NCBI GenBank assembly: GCA_001244265.2
Contig: CDLV01000008.1
Coordinates: 620,001-684,000 of the forward strand
Direction of reading: 5' to 3'
Source of the DNA: Microbotryum violaceum
Taxonomy: Eukaryota
Length of the DNA stretch: 64,000 nt
Below the pieces are notes generated by a model. It worked only from the letters and a program-made list of their open reading frames with translations, searched no databases and was not told the DNA's origin. Of the stretch, positions 1 to 11,856 are shown one piece after another; within the stretch, counting starts at the first letter, position 1, and every line of letters begins with the position of its first letter. The position numbers and the translations under genes are program-made.

Positions 1-157
1 CGGCTCTCTCTTATCTTATAATTTGACCTGTAAACCCATAAATCATAAGGTATAAGATTGGACAGGTTCTGTCAGCCAAAAAAGTCGGGAGATTGAAAAG
101 TCCATAAATTTTGCCAGGTATAAGATTGGGCGATATAAATTTTCTCAGGTTTGACTG
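1..157. mobile_element. Possible end of a pogo/Tc1-mariner-like DNA transposon, truncated by the window edge
   Basis: AT-rich segment with the subterminal motif AGGTATAAGATTGG twice. It ends ...CAGGTTTGACTG followed by TA; the reverse complement TA|CAGTCAAACCTG resembles pogo/mariner-type termini. The other end is not visible. Confidence 0.4.
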
Positions 158-159
158 TA

Positions 160-625
160 GCAGCTCTGGGAGTCTCGGCCCCGAGCTTGGGCACGTTGCC
201 TCTGGTTGCGAGGATGCCGATCGTAGTCACGAAGAATCTGGCCAAACAACTGGAAAATGTTAACGGATTTACAGGCGTTGTGTACGGGGTGCTTTCTGAG
301 CCTTGTCGAAACAAACAGGTAGCTGTGTGCCTGCTCGTGCGGCCGGGGCGAACCGTGGACCGTCCCGAGATATGCAAATCCAGGGGCTGCCAAAAGGTCC
401 CTATTGTTGCGGAAAGGGAGACCTTCGCCATTCCGAAGGGGGCACCCAAGTTTAGCTTTACCTGACGCAAGGTGCCTTTGCAGCCATTTATGCTCCAACT
501 AACTATGAAGTGCAGGGTCAGGCCCTTGGAAAAATTGTCGCGTGCCTTGATTCAACGACGTCGCTTCCCGGTCGGTCCGTCGCGCTATCCCGAGTGAGGA
601 AGAGTGAAAATCTTCACGGTTTGTT
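160..625 (+). pseudogene. Helitron/PIF1-type helicase C-terminal fragment, degenerate
   Basis: Frame reads GTLPLVARMPIVVTKNL...NGFTGVVYG...KFSFT*RKVPLQPFYAPTNYEVQGQALGKIV...VALSRVRKSENL, resembling the PIF1 motifs RxQxPL..AY..T.YKxQGQTL and YVALSR. In-frame TGA at 463-465. Confidence 0.75.
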
Positions 626-3212
626 CTCTAGTGGAATCTGATGATGACCACGACTCAGTCCAATGGACAGGGATGAGAATAGAGTGGCCAGAGACTAAGG
701 GACAGACTCGCGAAAGGCTAACTAGTAAAGCGCTGCAATAATAGAGGAACTAAGGAGACAGTTAGAGCTGGGAGATTGAGATACCAACGGGCCAAATGAA
801 GGCACGTTGGGCTCAATCCCAAGAGATGTTGTAATCGGATGAGAACAGTGAAACCAGCTATCCTTGACAAAAACTTGATTTGATTTGGCCAATGGGATGC
901 GGCAACGGCGTGAAACTTGGTAGACGGTGACCGGCAAGCAGATTGACAAGGTTGGCTTCCGGAATACCGGAAAGGGTGATTCTTTGTTTCGCATGGACGG
1001 CATCGATCTGTGCGACATCGGCCGCTCAGAAAGAACAGCGCGCTCGGCGTCCGAGTCGTTGTGATCATAGAACGCAGTTCTCGAGCCTTTGATCGCCGAA
1101 GAGAGTAGCCTTGCGGGTTGTGAGTCTGGCAGAAATTGCGCAGTTTCTGTTGACGTTGGACAAGACGAGCTGTCTCAACGAGTATTTGAGTCCTGACCAC
1201 TAGATCCTCCGAGTCGTCAAGTGATGCGAGGCACCAGATCTGTTCGGTCCATAGTAAGGGTACTGTACTCGTTCGTCAGGTTGGCACGAGCGACTGGCCA
1301 TTTTTAAGCCAAGCTCCGAGAGGCTGTCCAGTGACTCGGCGCCGAGAGGCACTACTAAAACACGTGAACTGGAAAAGATGCCATCCCCGCAGGGAAGGGG
1401 AGGGGGGGGGGGAAAACACAAATCATGCCGCTTGATAACAAGGACTGGTTTGTCGGACCGACAGAGCACTGTTCGTGACAGCTTAACTACTCCAAGATGC
1501 TATGAGGAGGGCTGTACCATAAGCTACTGTGATGTCGATGTTCGTACATAGCTATCAGAAGAAGCCCACGCCTACAGGACGTTGTACTTCGCGCCGTGAC
1601 CCGTTCTGCGCTCCCAAGCTCGCCCCCCAATTCTCGTTGAACAAACTTCCAGCTCTAAAGAGCTTCAAGAATCACTGGAAGAGTCGGAGGAGATGCAACT
1701 AAGCACACTGGCTAAGCCAATAGTGTAGGACTCGTCGATACCGCAACAGAACCAACCATACCCCCTGAAAACCCCTTGAGTGTTGTCGCAAAGATACGAG
1801 GCGACTCTTGGACGCCTAGCTCGAGCGAGGCCCGTACATCCTCGAAAGCCGTTTCGGTGATCGGCATCAAAGGTTCCGACGAAAATCGGCCGCGGCGGGA
1901 AAGCTTCCAGATCAAGTGGAAAAAAGAGCACGTGACTCGACCAGTCCACCCTCCGAGGGAGAGACAACCGGGCATACGACCTCGGAAAGAGCGGGGTGAG
2001 GGCCCGGAGAAAAAGCGATCCAAAGACGCCGAGCGTGCGGGCAGATTTGCCAGAGACTCGGGTGCGTTCGTGAGGCACATCACGCAAGATTTGGATCGAT
2101 TATTGACGTGGGTGTGTTTCGGGGACGCGGGTTGTTGAACTGGATGGAGGGATCCCAGGGAGAGGAGGTGGGCGAGATCTTCGGCATCCGAGTGAACTCT
2201 GCGACGTGCAGCGTTGCTCGGGGAAAGCGAAGATCTTTTGATACCCTTTAGGGACAATAAGGGGATACAGGAAGGCGTGGTGGCGGTTGGACGCGCTTAC
2301 AACCGAGGACAGGGTTGTCATCTCGCCGTCAGGAGCTCGCCAGAGCGTCCCGTTCACGGAGAGTTGGATTCCGTGGCACGCCGGGAAGAAGAGTACATGG
2401 GTTGCCCATCGCTCGAGGTTCTGAGCATTGGAGAGTTCAGGGGGGTTCAGCGTTGTCACCCACGCCTACGCTTTGAAGTAGTGGACCCTGCGTTGTGGGA
2501 GAACTTCCCTCGTCTTCTTCACCGCGTGGTCCCATTTTGATGGCGGGTGGCAAAAGTCGGCCCACCAGATCCAGACCCAAAGGCGACGATGCTGGTTGGG
2601 GGGCAATTTGCGTAAGGTAAAGGCGTTGCGCTGGTGTGCCGCCTGACGGACAAATCCGGATCTTGTCGATTGGCCTCAAGGAAATGTGAGCAAAGCAAGG
2701 GTCTATGAGACTTTTTTAGACAACAAAAACGAAAATAGATCTGTACGGATGACGATTAAAAGAGAAGCAAACTCAAAATGAAATGAAAGTCGAAATTGAA
2801 TGAAATGTGTATTTGTCGTTAGTCTTTAGCCTGGTCTTGCGGTGGTTGTTCACTTGAGGCAAAGTAGGAAGTAGTGCCTATCCTCGGCTCATGGTTGTGT
2901 GAGTGGGACTTTATAGAGGACACTGGAGCTTCAGGGAGTCGTCGCCGCCCCGCGGTGCGTTGATTGGTAATTTGCATATGGGAAGGCTCCTGCGCACACT
3001 GTGGCAGCGTAAAGAACGGCGGATGCACGAAGGTGCACTGAAGAGCATTGCTCGGAAATATCCAAAAGCGCATACAAGGGTGTGGTGATGGTGGAACCGG
3101 AGCCTATACATAACTTGAACTTGGGAAACGGTGCACGAACAGTGATCGATTCTTTTTTCGTCTGAGCAGTGGGTCACGTGGGTGAATGAAACGGCTAGGA
3201 CAGAGACCGTAC

Positions 3213-4215
3213 CTAGATGAAATCATAATGACTGGGCCTGGTGATCGCCTCCGAGCTCAAAGTTGCCGTGAACGCCTGGGGAACGATAGCGGATATTGAT
3301 CCCCCGGGTTGGCGGGTACTGACACTAGTGCGTGCGGCGCACGTCGGACCCGGTGACGACCCGGCGGCGAAGGTGATGCGCTCACTCGAGGGCGAATCGC
3401 TCGCGACAGAGCCGGCGGTCGAACGATACGAAGGGAGCGAATCGTTCGTACTGGGCCGAGAACTTGTTTGGCTCCGGCTCGTAAAGGCACTGCTGGCGCA
3501 ACTACTCGCGCGATAACGCTGGTAGCTCGCGACGGCGTTCATATCGAGGGACAGCGGCCCCGGACCCAGCAGAGGTCGCGACAGAGATGGAAGCGAAGCA
3601 TGGGCGGCAATGTAGGTGATGCAAGCGTTGGCCGCGGCTTCCTCTTCGCGTTGACGCTCGAGTGCTCGAAGCGACTCTCGCGATTGCAGCGAGGTGACGC
3701 GAGGCGGCGGGCAATAAGGAGGTGGCGACAGGGGGTCCAAGCTCGATGATGTCGATGTTGTGGGTGAATGCGAAGTACCTTGCCAGAACCGAGGAGGAGG
3801 TGAAGGAAGCTTCGCGGTGTGAAGGATTCGAGGAATGGTAGCAAGGAGCAACCAGAGTCAGTGTTGGGCTCAGACCCGTTCCACGTCGCCTGTAACGCTC
3901 AGGAGGCGACCTTACCTCGTCGATCGCCAGCCCCTGTCCGTCTGCTGAATCACGGGCCGCCGTTGGCGCATCATCGAGGTCGGGCATTTCCCCCGCACAC
4001 CCGAACAGCTCATCGTCGCGACTCTTGAACCGTCGTAGGAGGTTACCAGGTCGTTTGGACAAGGACCGCAAGTCCAATAGAGAACTCGACACTTTGAGCG
4101 GTGGTTGCGGTGGCAGAGATGGCGTGGTAGGCAGCGGCGGCGGTGCGGGTTTCGCATCCTGGCGGTGGAATGGCGAGAAGTGACTGGAGTAGGAGAGCGA
4201 CTTGACGCGTTTCAT
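3213..4215 (-). CDS. Hypothetical Ser/Pro-rich protein, two exons
   Basis: ATG at 4215 (MKRVKS...). A GTAAG donor near 3915, a CTGAC branch point and an AG acceptor near 3811 join ORF 3502..4257 in frame to ORF 3213..3851 (...IDE|LPSPPPRFW...). No known domain recognised. Confidence 0.5.
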
Positions 4216-5080
4216 CTTGATGGCACTGGGGAGGGTGGTGGATGTGATAGACTCCAAGGTCGGCGAAACTGGGACGAGAAGGGAAGGAGTGAACTCGACG
4301 AGTCCCTACGTGAGCCTACTCCGTCCGGGGTTTCGTTAAGAGGATCCGGGAAAGCTGAGCCCCGTCTCGGAAAACCACGCTATTGGGCCGATTTGTAAGC
4401 CGGAAATTCATATACAAGGGTTTTATGTATTCTGGTGTCAAGCAGATTATCGGGCCCTTTCGAAAAAAACTCTACCATAAAAAAGCGCCTCGTGTAGTAT
4501 GTGATAAGGCACAAGTGGGCCCGAAAAGTACAAAAGTCTCCGAGCTCATTGAGCTGAGGTTTTCCGCGGTCCTTTCGTTACAGGTCTCACCCTGTCTTGC
4601 TCACGGCGACACGGGCCGCACTTTGCAAACCGGAGAAGGCGAGCTCCCTTTAGATTAGTGCATTAGCGCATAAATTTTCCGTCTTTTTGTCCGTCGAAGC
4701 TACGATACCAAGTAATCCCAGTGAGCACCGATTTGCGGAAGTGACCTCGAGGCGGTTCCCACAATTCGAGTGGTCGCAGCCTCACAGAGCGGAGCCACGC
4801 TACCGGCACAGCAACTGTGGCGAACCAAATCAACATCTGGAAAGACACCACACTGATAAGATACCACATTCGATTCTTTAGCGATCAGATCGGCCAACTA
4901 GGCACAATTTCGGAGCTGAGCCCCAAAGGGAAACGCCCGTTGAGACTGGTCTACGTGTTCTGCCCGCCCCTATCGAGATAGCTCTGTTGTACAAACCGCA
5001 GCGCATGGACCAAACTGTGGGCACGCATATGGTCATAGGCAACCAGATTTGAAGGAGAGGCGGGCCCAGAGCTTGGCTCT

Positions 5081-6585
5081 CTAGCTCTCTTTGCGAGACA
5101 ACGAGGGCACCCACTCGTTCCCATAGCTGCCGGAGAGGGTCCCCGCTCCCACCAGTTCGATGTACTCGCGATGGATGCCGGCGCATAGTTTCGCGAGCGG
5201 CAAGTCGTTGGCTGGCGGTACGAGACAGCGAAGCTCCGTCAGCTATTAGGACTGGGTCCGTAGTGGATCAATCTCAGTGAACTCGTGAGGACTCACGCTC
5301 TATGCCGAAGGGATCGCTCAATTCTTCGGCGGCACGATCGACGCCGTAAAAGACCGCCGCCGCCACCGCAGTGACGGGTATCGACCAAATACCCAACTTG
5401 GCGCACTGCAAAGGCACAGCCGCAACGTAGACGAGAAGCAAGAACTGGAGCTGGATCTCGAGGACGAGGGGAATCGGCGTATCGCGGATCCTCTCGAGCG
5501 CAGTGAGCTGGTCCGAGAAATCACGAATCGCACTCAGCCCGTTAGCGTAGGTCGGCCCATCGACTGCGGGGGTCTGCGGGTTCGGAGAGCCTGCTGAAGC
5601 CAGGGGTGTCGCATGGAACGCGTTGAGGTACCCATGAATGGCCCGAATCAAGGAAAGCTGCTCGAAGGAACCACAATGAGATGACCCGAGCTCAGCCAAG
5701 ACGGCCCGTAGGGTATTCGACAATTCGATGCGCTGCACTCACAGGCAAGTTCGAGGGCGCCCCAGAGAGCAGGGCGAAGGGAAGAGCGTCCGTCGGATAG
5801 GGGGCGGTGTTGAGTCCTTCGAGGGCCCTTGTCGTCTCCGAGGCGGTCGAGTGGTGGACATTGGACCCATCGATGGAAGGGTCTCGCCGGAGTTGTCGCG
5901 GCGTCTCCTTGTAGGCGCGGAGCAAACTCGGCGGAATGAGGCGCTGCAACTCGGGGTGGTCGACACCCGGCTCGTCCCGAAGATGGTACATCGTCGCGTA
6001 TGCGAATGCACACACGAGAGCACATAGCTCGTTCACTACCTTGGAGTGCTGCTGGACCATGATCGCCGAGCCCGTCGGCGACGCGGCCGGTGGGGGCAGC
6101 GAAAAATGAAACAAGCGCAGGATCGTGCGCGAGGTGGATTGGAGCGATGCCCACTGTCTCCTACCTTCGTACCACCGATCGTAGCTCGACGAAGATCGGA
6201 ACGAGACGAGCAACGCCAAGACCAAATTCAGGGTTGCGACCACCGAGGAAGCGCCCGAAGTGAATCTGGGCATCTCGTACCCTGTAGGACACGGTCGCGA
6301 AGAGTGAGATGCCGATCAGTATGCCTTCCAAAGCCGGATACAACTCGCAACAACTCGCATACACAAGCAGCATCAAGAAGACAACTCCAAAACGAGGGGA
6401 AGCAGAACCGATAAGGACCTACACTGCAGCAACACGTGTATCGCGCCCGCGTAAAGCGTGAACAGAAGCACCGGCGTTTGCACCCGACGCAGCACCGAGA
6501 AATGTAGGAGACCGAGGTACAGGCTACCTCGTGTCTGTAGCTCATGCACGAGCGAGCGGCGCATTGGTCGTCGTAGGATTGGCAT
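5081..6585 (-). CDS. UPF0187/YneE-type bestrophin-like anion channel, multi-exon
   Basis: Motifs LLVSFRSSSSYDRWYEGRRQW, LERIRDTPIP and AEELSDPFGIE|ANDLPL (joined across an intron), plus hydrophobic segments. Stop TAG at 5083-5081. Confidence 0.85.
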
Positions 6586-6911
6586 TATTTTTGGGAAGTG
6601 GGGCGAGCAAGAGAAAGGAGGCAAGAGGGCGTGTGCGTGATATCCGGAAGTGGAGCCCAACCCTGGTACACAGTGCCCGACTAGCGCACGCGTCACAACG
6701 CGTCACGACCACAAGGCAGGCCATCCGACCGCTGAAGTGGGGCGCCCAGCTTCGGCGTCATAAGTGGGCATGGGTATTCAGAAGGTCGCTTCCTCCCATC
6801 TGTTTCCTCTGCGCAAGCGATCGGATTTCGTTCTGATAGATCATACACATGCAGTCATTCTACCCACAAGAACCAGTCACGTCAAAGTTTCCTGACACGA
6901 GCCGCGCGACA

Positions 6912-9900
6912 TCAGAATGACTCGACCGCAAACTTCCACACGCCGTCCTCTGGAGAAAAGTCAATGTAGCGGGTTCCCTCGAGCCCGCGCAGGCGTTTGA
7001 TATGCTGCGACAACTTGGGGTGCTTGGGGTCCTTGATCGGGTTGCGCGTCGCCTTGTCGAGGGGCCAGCATTTCTCCAACGTGATGGTCGCGGGCACATT
7101 CAAACCTTGCCCAACTTCGGGCTTGTCGTCATCATAGTCGTTCGGGTAGACGGAGCAATTGCGGTCCTCGAAGACGACGATGCTGCCGAGGAGATCGTCG
7201 AGGGACGGCAGCGTGGTCAGATCGACGGGTGCCTTGAACGCGACGCGGCCGTAGCCGACGCGGCCGACGACGAGGTCCGGGACGGCGCGAAGTGACGCCG
7301 CAGGGAGCTTCTTGAGCGCATCGAGGGAGGGCACGGTGTAATACGCACCGACCTTGGTCGGCGTCGAAGCAGCGCTCGCGGGGGAACGGCGCGGAGGCCA
7401 TCCGGTTGGAGTCGTCGACACCTGGGCGGCGAACGAGTCGTCGGCCAAGCTGCTCCCGCCGTTGGTGCCGCTCGTTTTGCTCGGGGTCGCCTCGAAGCCG
7501 GCAAAGGTCGATTCATGGGCCGCGGAGGAAATCGATTCGGCCAGCTGTCCGCGGTCCCGTGACGAGGTCTCCACGGCCGGGTCGAACGAAACCTTGGGTC
7601 GGGTCCCACCATTCTTCGAAGCAACAGAGCCATTGAAGCCCGCGGGCACGGAAGAGCCCGTGCCGAGACCACCATTGAGGTGCTTCGGCGCAATGACGAG
7701 TTTCTTGAACGATTGCCGCGTCATGAACGCGTTCGGGCTCAGCGCAGCATCGTCACCAATCCCATTGACGAGTCGTAGAGGCGATGATCGACCGCCCGCC
7801 GGCGAACCGGGTGTTGCGCCGACCGAAGGCGATCCCGATCCGTTTGGCCCGACGCTCGACCCGAACGAGAGCGGGGAGCCATTACCGGCGGGCTTCGACA
7901 CCAAACTGGATCCGCCAAAGCCACGCAAACGAGTGATCTTGGTCGCCGAGCGGTTCACGGGGGTGCCGCGGAAGGACGTGAAAATGGGCTTCTTCTTCTC
8001 CTCGACAGCAGGGGCGCTGGTTCGCGATGCCGAGCCTTGGAACAACGGGTTGGCGCCGTATGCGTTCACGTCATCGGCCGTGGCATATGCCGTCGGTTGC
8101 TGCGGCTGCTGGGGCGCGGTCGACTGTCCGAACCCGGACGAGCCTCCGAGCATCGTCGAGCCAAACAACGATCCCGGTTGTTGCTGCTGAGGCTGTTGAA
8201 ATTGCTGCTGCTGTTGCGGCTGGGACGCCCCGAACAAGCTTGGCGTCGTCGACGACCCTCCGCCGAACAAGCCACCCCCGGTTGTGGGGGCTGCTGGTTT
8301 TGGTGCACCAAATAGACTTCCCGAGCCCGATCCGAACAAAGACGAAGTGTTCTGTTGCTGTTGTGGTGCAGCGGGCTGTCCAAAGGTGCTCCCTCCTCCG
8401 CCAAAGAGGCTTCCTCCTGACGACGGTGTGGCCCCAAAGGCTGTGGTGATTGAGCCGAAAAGCCAGAGCGGTCAGTGTGCTGAGACCGAACCCGGCAAAG
8501 GCGATTGAACCGATAATGGGCTCACCGTTGGTAGCAGGTTGCTGCTGAGCAGGGGTCCCGAAAAGGCTACCGCCCGCGGCCGGCGCTGCACCAAAGCTGA
8601 AGGCGGGCTTTGGGGCGCTCGCCGCGGTCGAGGTCCCGAAAGCGGGGGCGGAAGATGCCGTGGGGGCCGAGCCAAACAGGGGCTTAGCCGTAGAAGAGGT
8701 ACCTAGAATACGTTGTACACTCGCACGAGAACGTCAGTGTTCTCATTCCGCACACTGCGACGCATCGACGCATCGACGCATATCTGTGCTCCGGCACCAA
8801 ACGCCACGCGATCCGATCAAGTCCGTGCAAAAACTCACCTCCAAAGTTGAAGCCCCCCGTCGCACCGGCGTTCTGCGCTGGTTGCCCAAAGAGACCGCCC
8901 GTTGCTCCCGCTTGCTGTTGCGGTTGCCCAAACAAGCCACCCGCCTGCTGCGGCTGTTGCTGCGTCTGGCCAAAGAGTCCTCCACTAGCGGGAGCGTTGG
9001 AAGTCGCACCGAACGAAAACCCAGTATTGGCCGGCTTGGCGGCGGCCTGCGCGAAGCCTCCAAAGCTCGGCTGGGCTTGTTGCTGCTGTTGCTGCTGCTG
9101 AGGTTGCCCAAAGAGCCCTCCCGTCGTTCCGGCGGTGCTGGTCGAACCAAACAGCCCCCCGGTCTGCGCCGGCTGACTCGTGGCGCCGCCAAAAAGACCT
9201 CCTGATTGTTGCGCCGGCTGCCCAAACGCACTCGTGCCGGCAGTACCGAATAAAACCCCACTCTGTTGCTGCGACTGGGATTGACCGAACGCATTGGTCG
9301 CAGGCTGCGCAGCACCAAAGCCAGGTGTCGTCGAGCCGAAGAGCCCTCCGCCCTGTGCCGGCGCCGCACCGAACGCCGGCGTGGCCGTGGTTTGCCCGAA
9401 CGCTCCCCCAAAGGACGAGGCCGAGGTCGAAGCCGTCGGAGTCTTGCGATTCGCTTGATAGTCCTGTAGGCGCAGCTCCTCGAACGAGTAGTTGGAGTAT
9501 GGGGGCATGCAGCAAATGCTCTGGAACTGGTGCGGCGTCTGGTTTGGTGGATCCGGTTTGCCTTCTTCCTTTGGCGGTTCCATCACAGTCGTCGGCTGGT
9601 ATTGTACCGCAGCGGTCCCCGAACCAGGTGCAATCTGGACTTGTTGACCGAAGCCTCCGGCGGCACCTGCGCGATCGACCAAGGTACTGGATGTCAGCGG
9701 TGACTTTCGTCTCGACGTGCGGAGGCGGTGCGGCTCCTGTCGGTCCGACTTACTCCCGAAGAGACCTCCTCCTGGCGCCGGTTGTTGTTGCTGCTGTTGC
9801 GCCGCTGCAGCGAAGCCGCCGAATGTCGATGGAGCGGGCTTGGGTGCCCCGAACAGACCGCCAGATGCTGGGGCCGCGGACGTCGTTGGGGCGCCAAAGC

Positions 9901-10599
9901 CGGTCGAACCTCCGCCTGCCGACATTTCTTCTAAGGGCATCAGTGGAACGATTCTCTCGATTCGTATGAGCAAACATGACATATCGCGCACCGAACGAGA
10001 AGCCCGTGTTGGCAGCCGGGGTTGCCTGTGTACCAAAGAGGCCCCCGGTGGGCTGCGCACCGAAGGCTGAGGTCGATGCTGCTTGACCGAACGCCGGCGT
10101 TGTCGTGTTGCCCGCGCCGAACCCGCCGCCTACATATGTTCGCCCGGATGAAAGTTTGCATAGTCAGTGCAGCATTGCGGAACGGCAGCTGGAGGTGCGA
10201 GGGCGAACGTACCAAAGCTCGGGGTCGCGGCGGCTGGCTGGCCAAAGGCGCCATTCGCTTGTTGCGGTTGGCCGAAAGCTGAACTCGGCCAAAGTGGTGC
10301 GGTTGTGTGAACATGGGAAGAAACAGAGCAAAGAACAAGGATACATCAGCAAGAATGGACATAAGGGGTAGACTGCGAGAGCGTAGATGCAGCCCAACGT
10401 CGATCAATGCGAAAGGTCGCACCAATCACGCGGCATCGATCTAGGGGCAAGTCGAGCCAGTCTCACCCGAACCAAATGTGCCAGCCGTATTACCAAAGAG
10501 TCCACCGGGCTGCTGCTGCTGCTGCTGCTGAGATTGCTGTTGCTGCTGGTTCTGTTGCTGCTGGCCAAAGCCGCCAAAGCTGCTCGTTCCTCCAAACAT
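6912..10599 (-). CDS. NUP98: GLFG nucleoporin Nup98/Nup145N-like, with GLEBS motif and C-terminal autoproteolytic-type domain
   Basis: Start MFGGTSSFGGFGQ at 10599, many GGLFG/FG repeats, GLEBS-like FQSICCMPPYSNYSFEELRLQDY, and a peptidase S59-like domain YYTVPSL...VGRVGYGRVAF...VYP...KPEVGQGLNVPATITLEKCWP...GVWKFAVESF*. Several introns. Confidence 0.93.
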
Positions 10600-11856
10600 G
10601 GTCGGTCCTCGTCGCGCTCGGTAGGTCGGATGGTCAACTCGCTCGTCGAGTCCTTGTCCCTAAGCGTGGAAGCGTGGAATCTGGTGTGCCCAAACGCAAT
10701 GCGCGTGAGGCGCAGGTCGCACGAGGGTCGGGACGGCGTCGAAGTTGATCGGCTCAAGTTCCAGAGCAAGCGAGACGGCGCGGGTCGGCGCGGGTCGTCA
10801 CGTTGCAGTCGCTGTGACCGCGCGGTGGGTTCTGCCTGGTTCTGCAGCCGTCGGAGTGAAGATGGCAGCGCTGAGTAGATGGGGCGACTGGGGAGATCGG
10901 ACACTGTTTGCGATCGAGGGAGCGAAGCGCTGGCTCGGCGCGATCAGACGTCAGACAGTGGAGGTCGAGATCAAGAGGAAACGCCCGGGCGCCCGGGAGC
11001 GGGAACGGGTAGTTGCTGAGTGAGCGCTTGGGCCAGCTTGGGCCAGCTTGTGACTGCTTGTAAAAGAAGACCCGGGAAAGCTCAGCAGCTCGGCCGCTCG
11101 GCCCTGCGGAAAACAGCGATCTTGGGCCGATATATCCATCGTGAGAAGGTGTATGAGGGGTCGATCTGTCCCGATTTGAAGTGGACATGTACGTGATAAT
11201 CAATTTTATTTATTCTCGCCATACTTGCCTATACATTGCTCCTTAATAGTCAGGAACGCCAAAAATCGCTCCGACTCGGATCCGTTTTCAACGTCACGTG
11301 TGCTCGGACGGCACCGGCGCACCGCCTACTAGACTTGCGAAATTCACTCGGAAGTAAAAAGGGCCGCTGATGAGGTGCAGACGCATGTTTCTAACCGACC
11401 GCCTCTAGACTGTCACTGCAACCCCCGAGATGCAGCAAGGGGACAAGAATAAGGTACCATGGCAGCTAGACGACGACGACGACGACGGCGAGAACAACAT
11501 ATGGAAAGGGCTGGGAAACGGACTGGGATACAAGGGATTTTGAAGATGAAGAGGGGGGGCGGGGGGCTTGCCGAAACTGAAAGAGCTATAGAGACAAGAG
11601 GGTGGGGGGGGGGTTAAAAAGGTTTTGACCAAGACAGGGCACAGGGCGCACAACAGCGGGTAACCGACGATGAGAGTTAATCCAACAGAAAGAAAGAAAA
11701 AGAAGAACGCAAGAACATAAGAAAGGCGAGCCCAGGTTCGAGCAAAGACGAAGACCGAACAAGGTGCGCTCAGCCCATCGCCGAAGCCAAAGGCGACTGA
11801 GCAGATGCGCGAGTGGGCCTGCAGAGGAACAGAGCACATCGTTAGCATACTTCAAC

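Noticed and set aside
700..730. CTAG|T near 722-726 as the 3' end of the first Helitron
   Set aside because: No convincing hairpin immediately upstream.
722..1200. VFVKDSW motif suggestive of a FunK1 fungal kinase remnant
   Set aside because: Only one short motif, with no catalytic-loop or other kinase motifs nearby.
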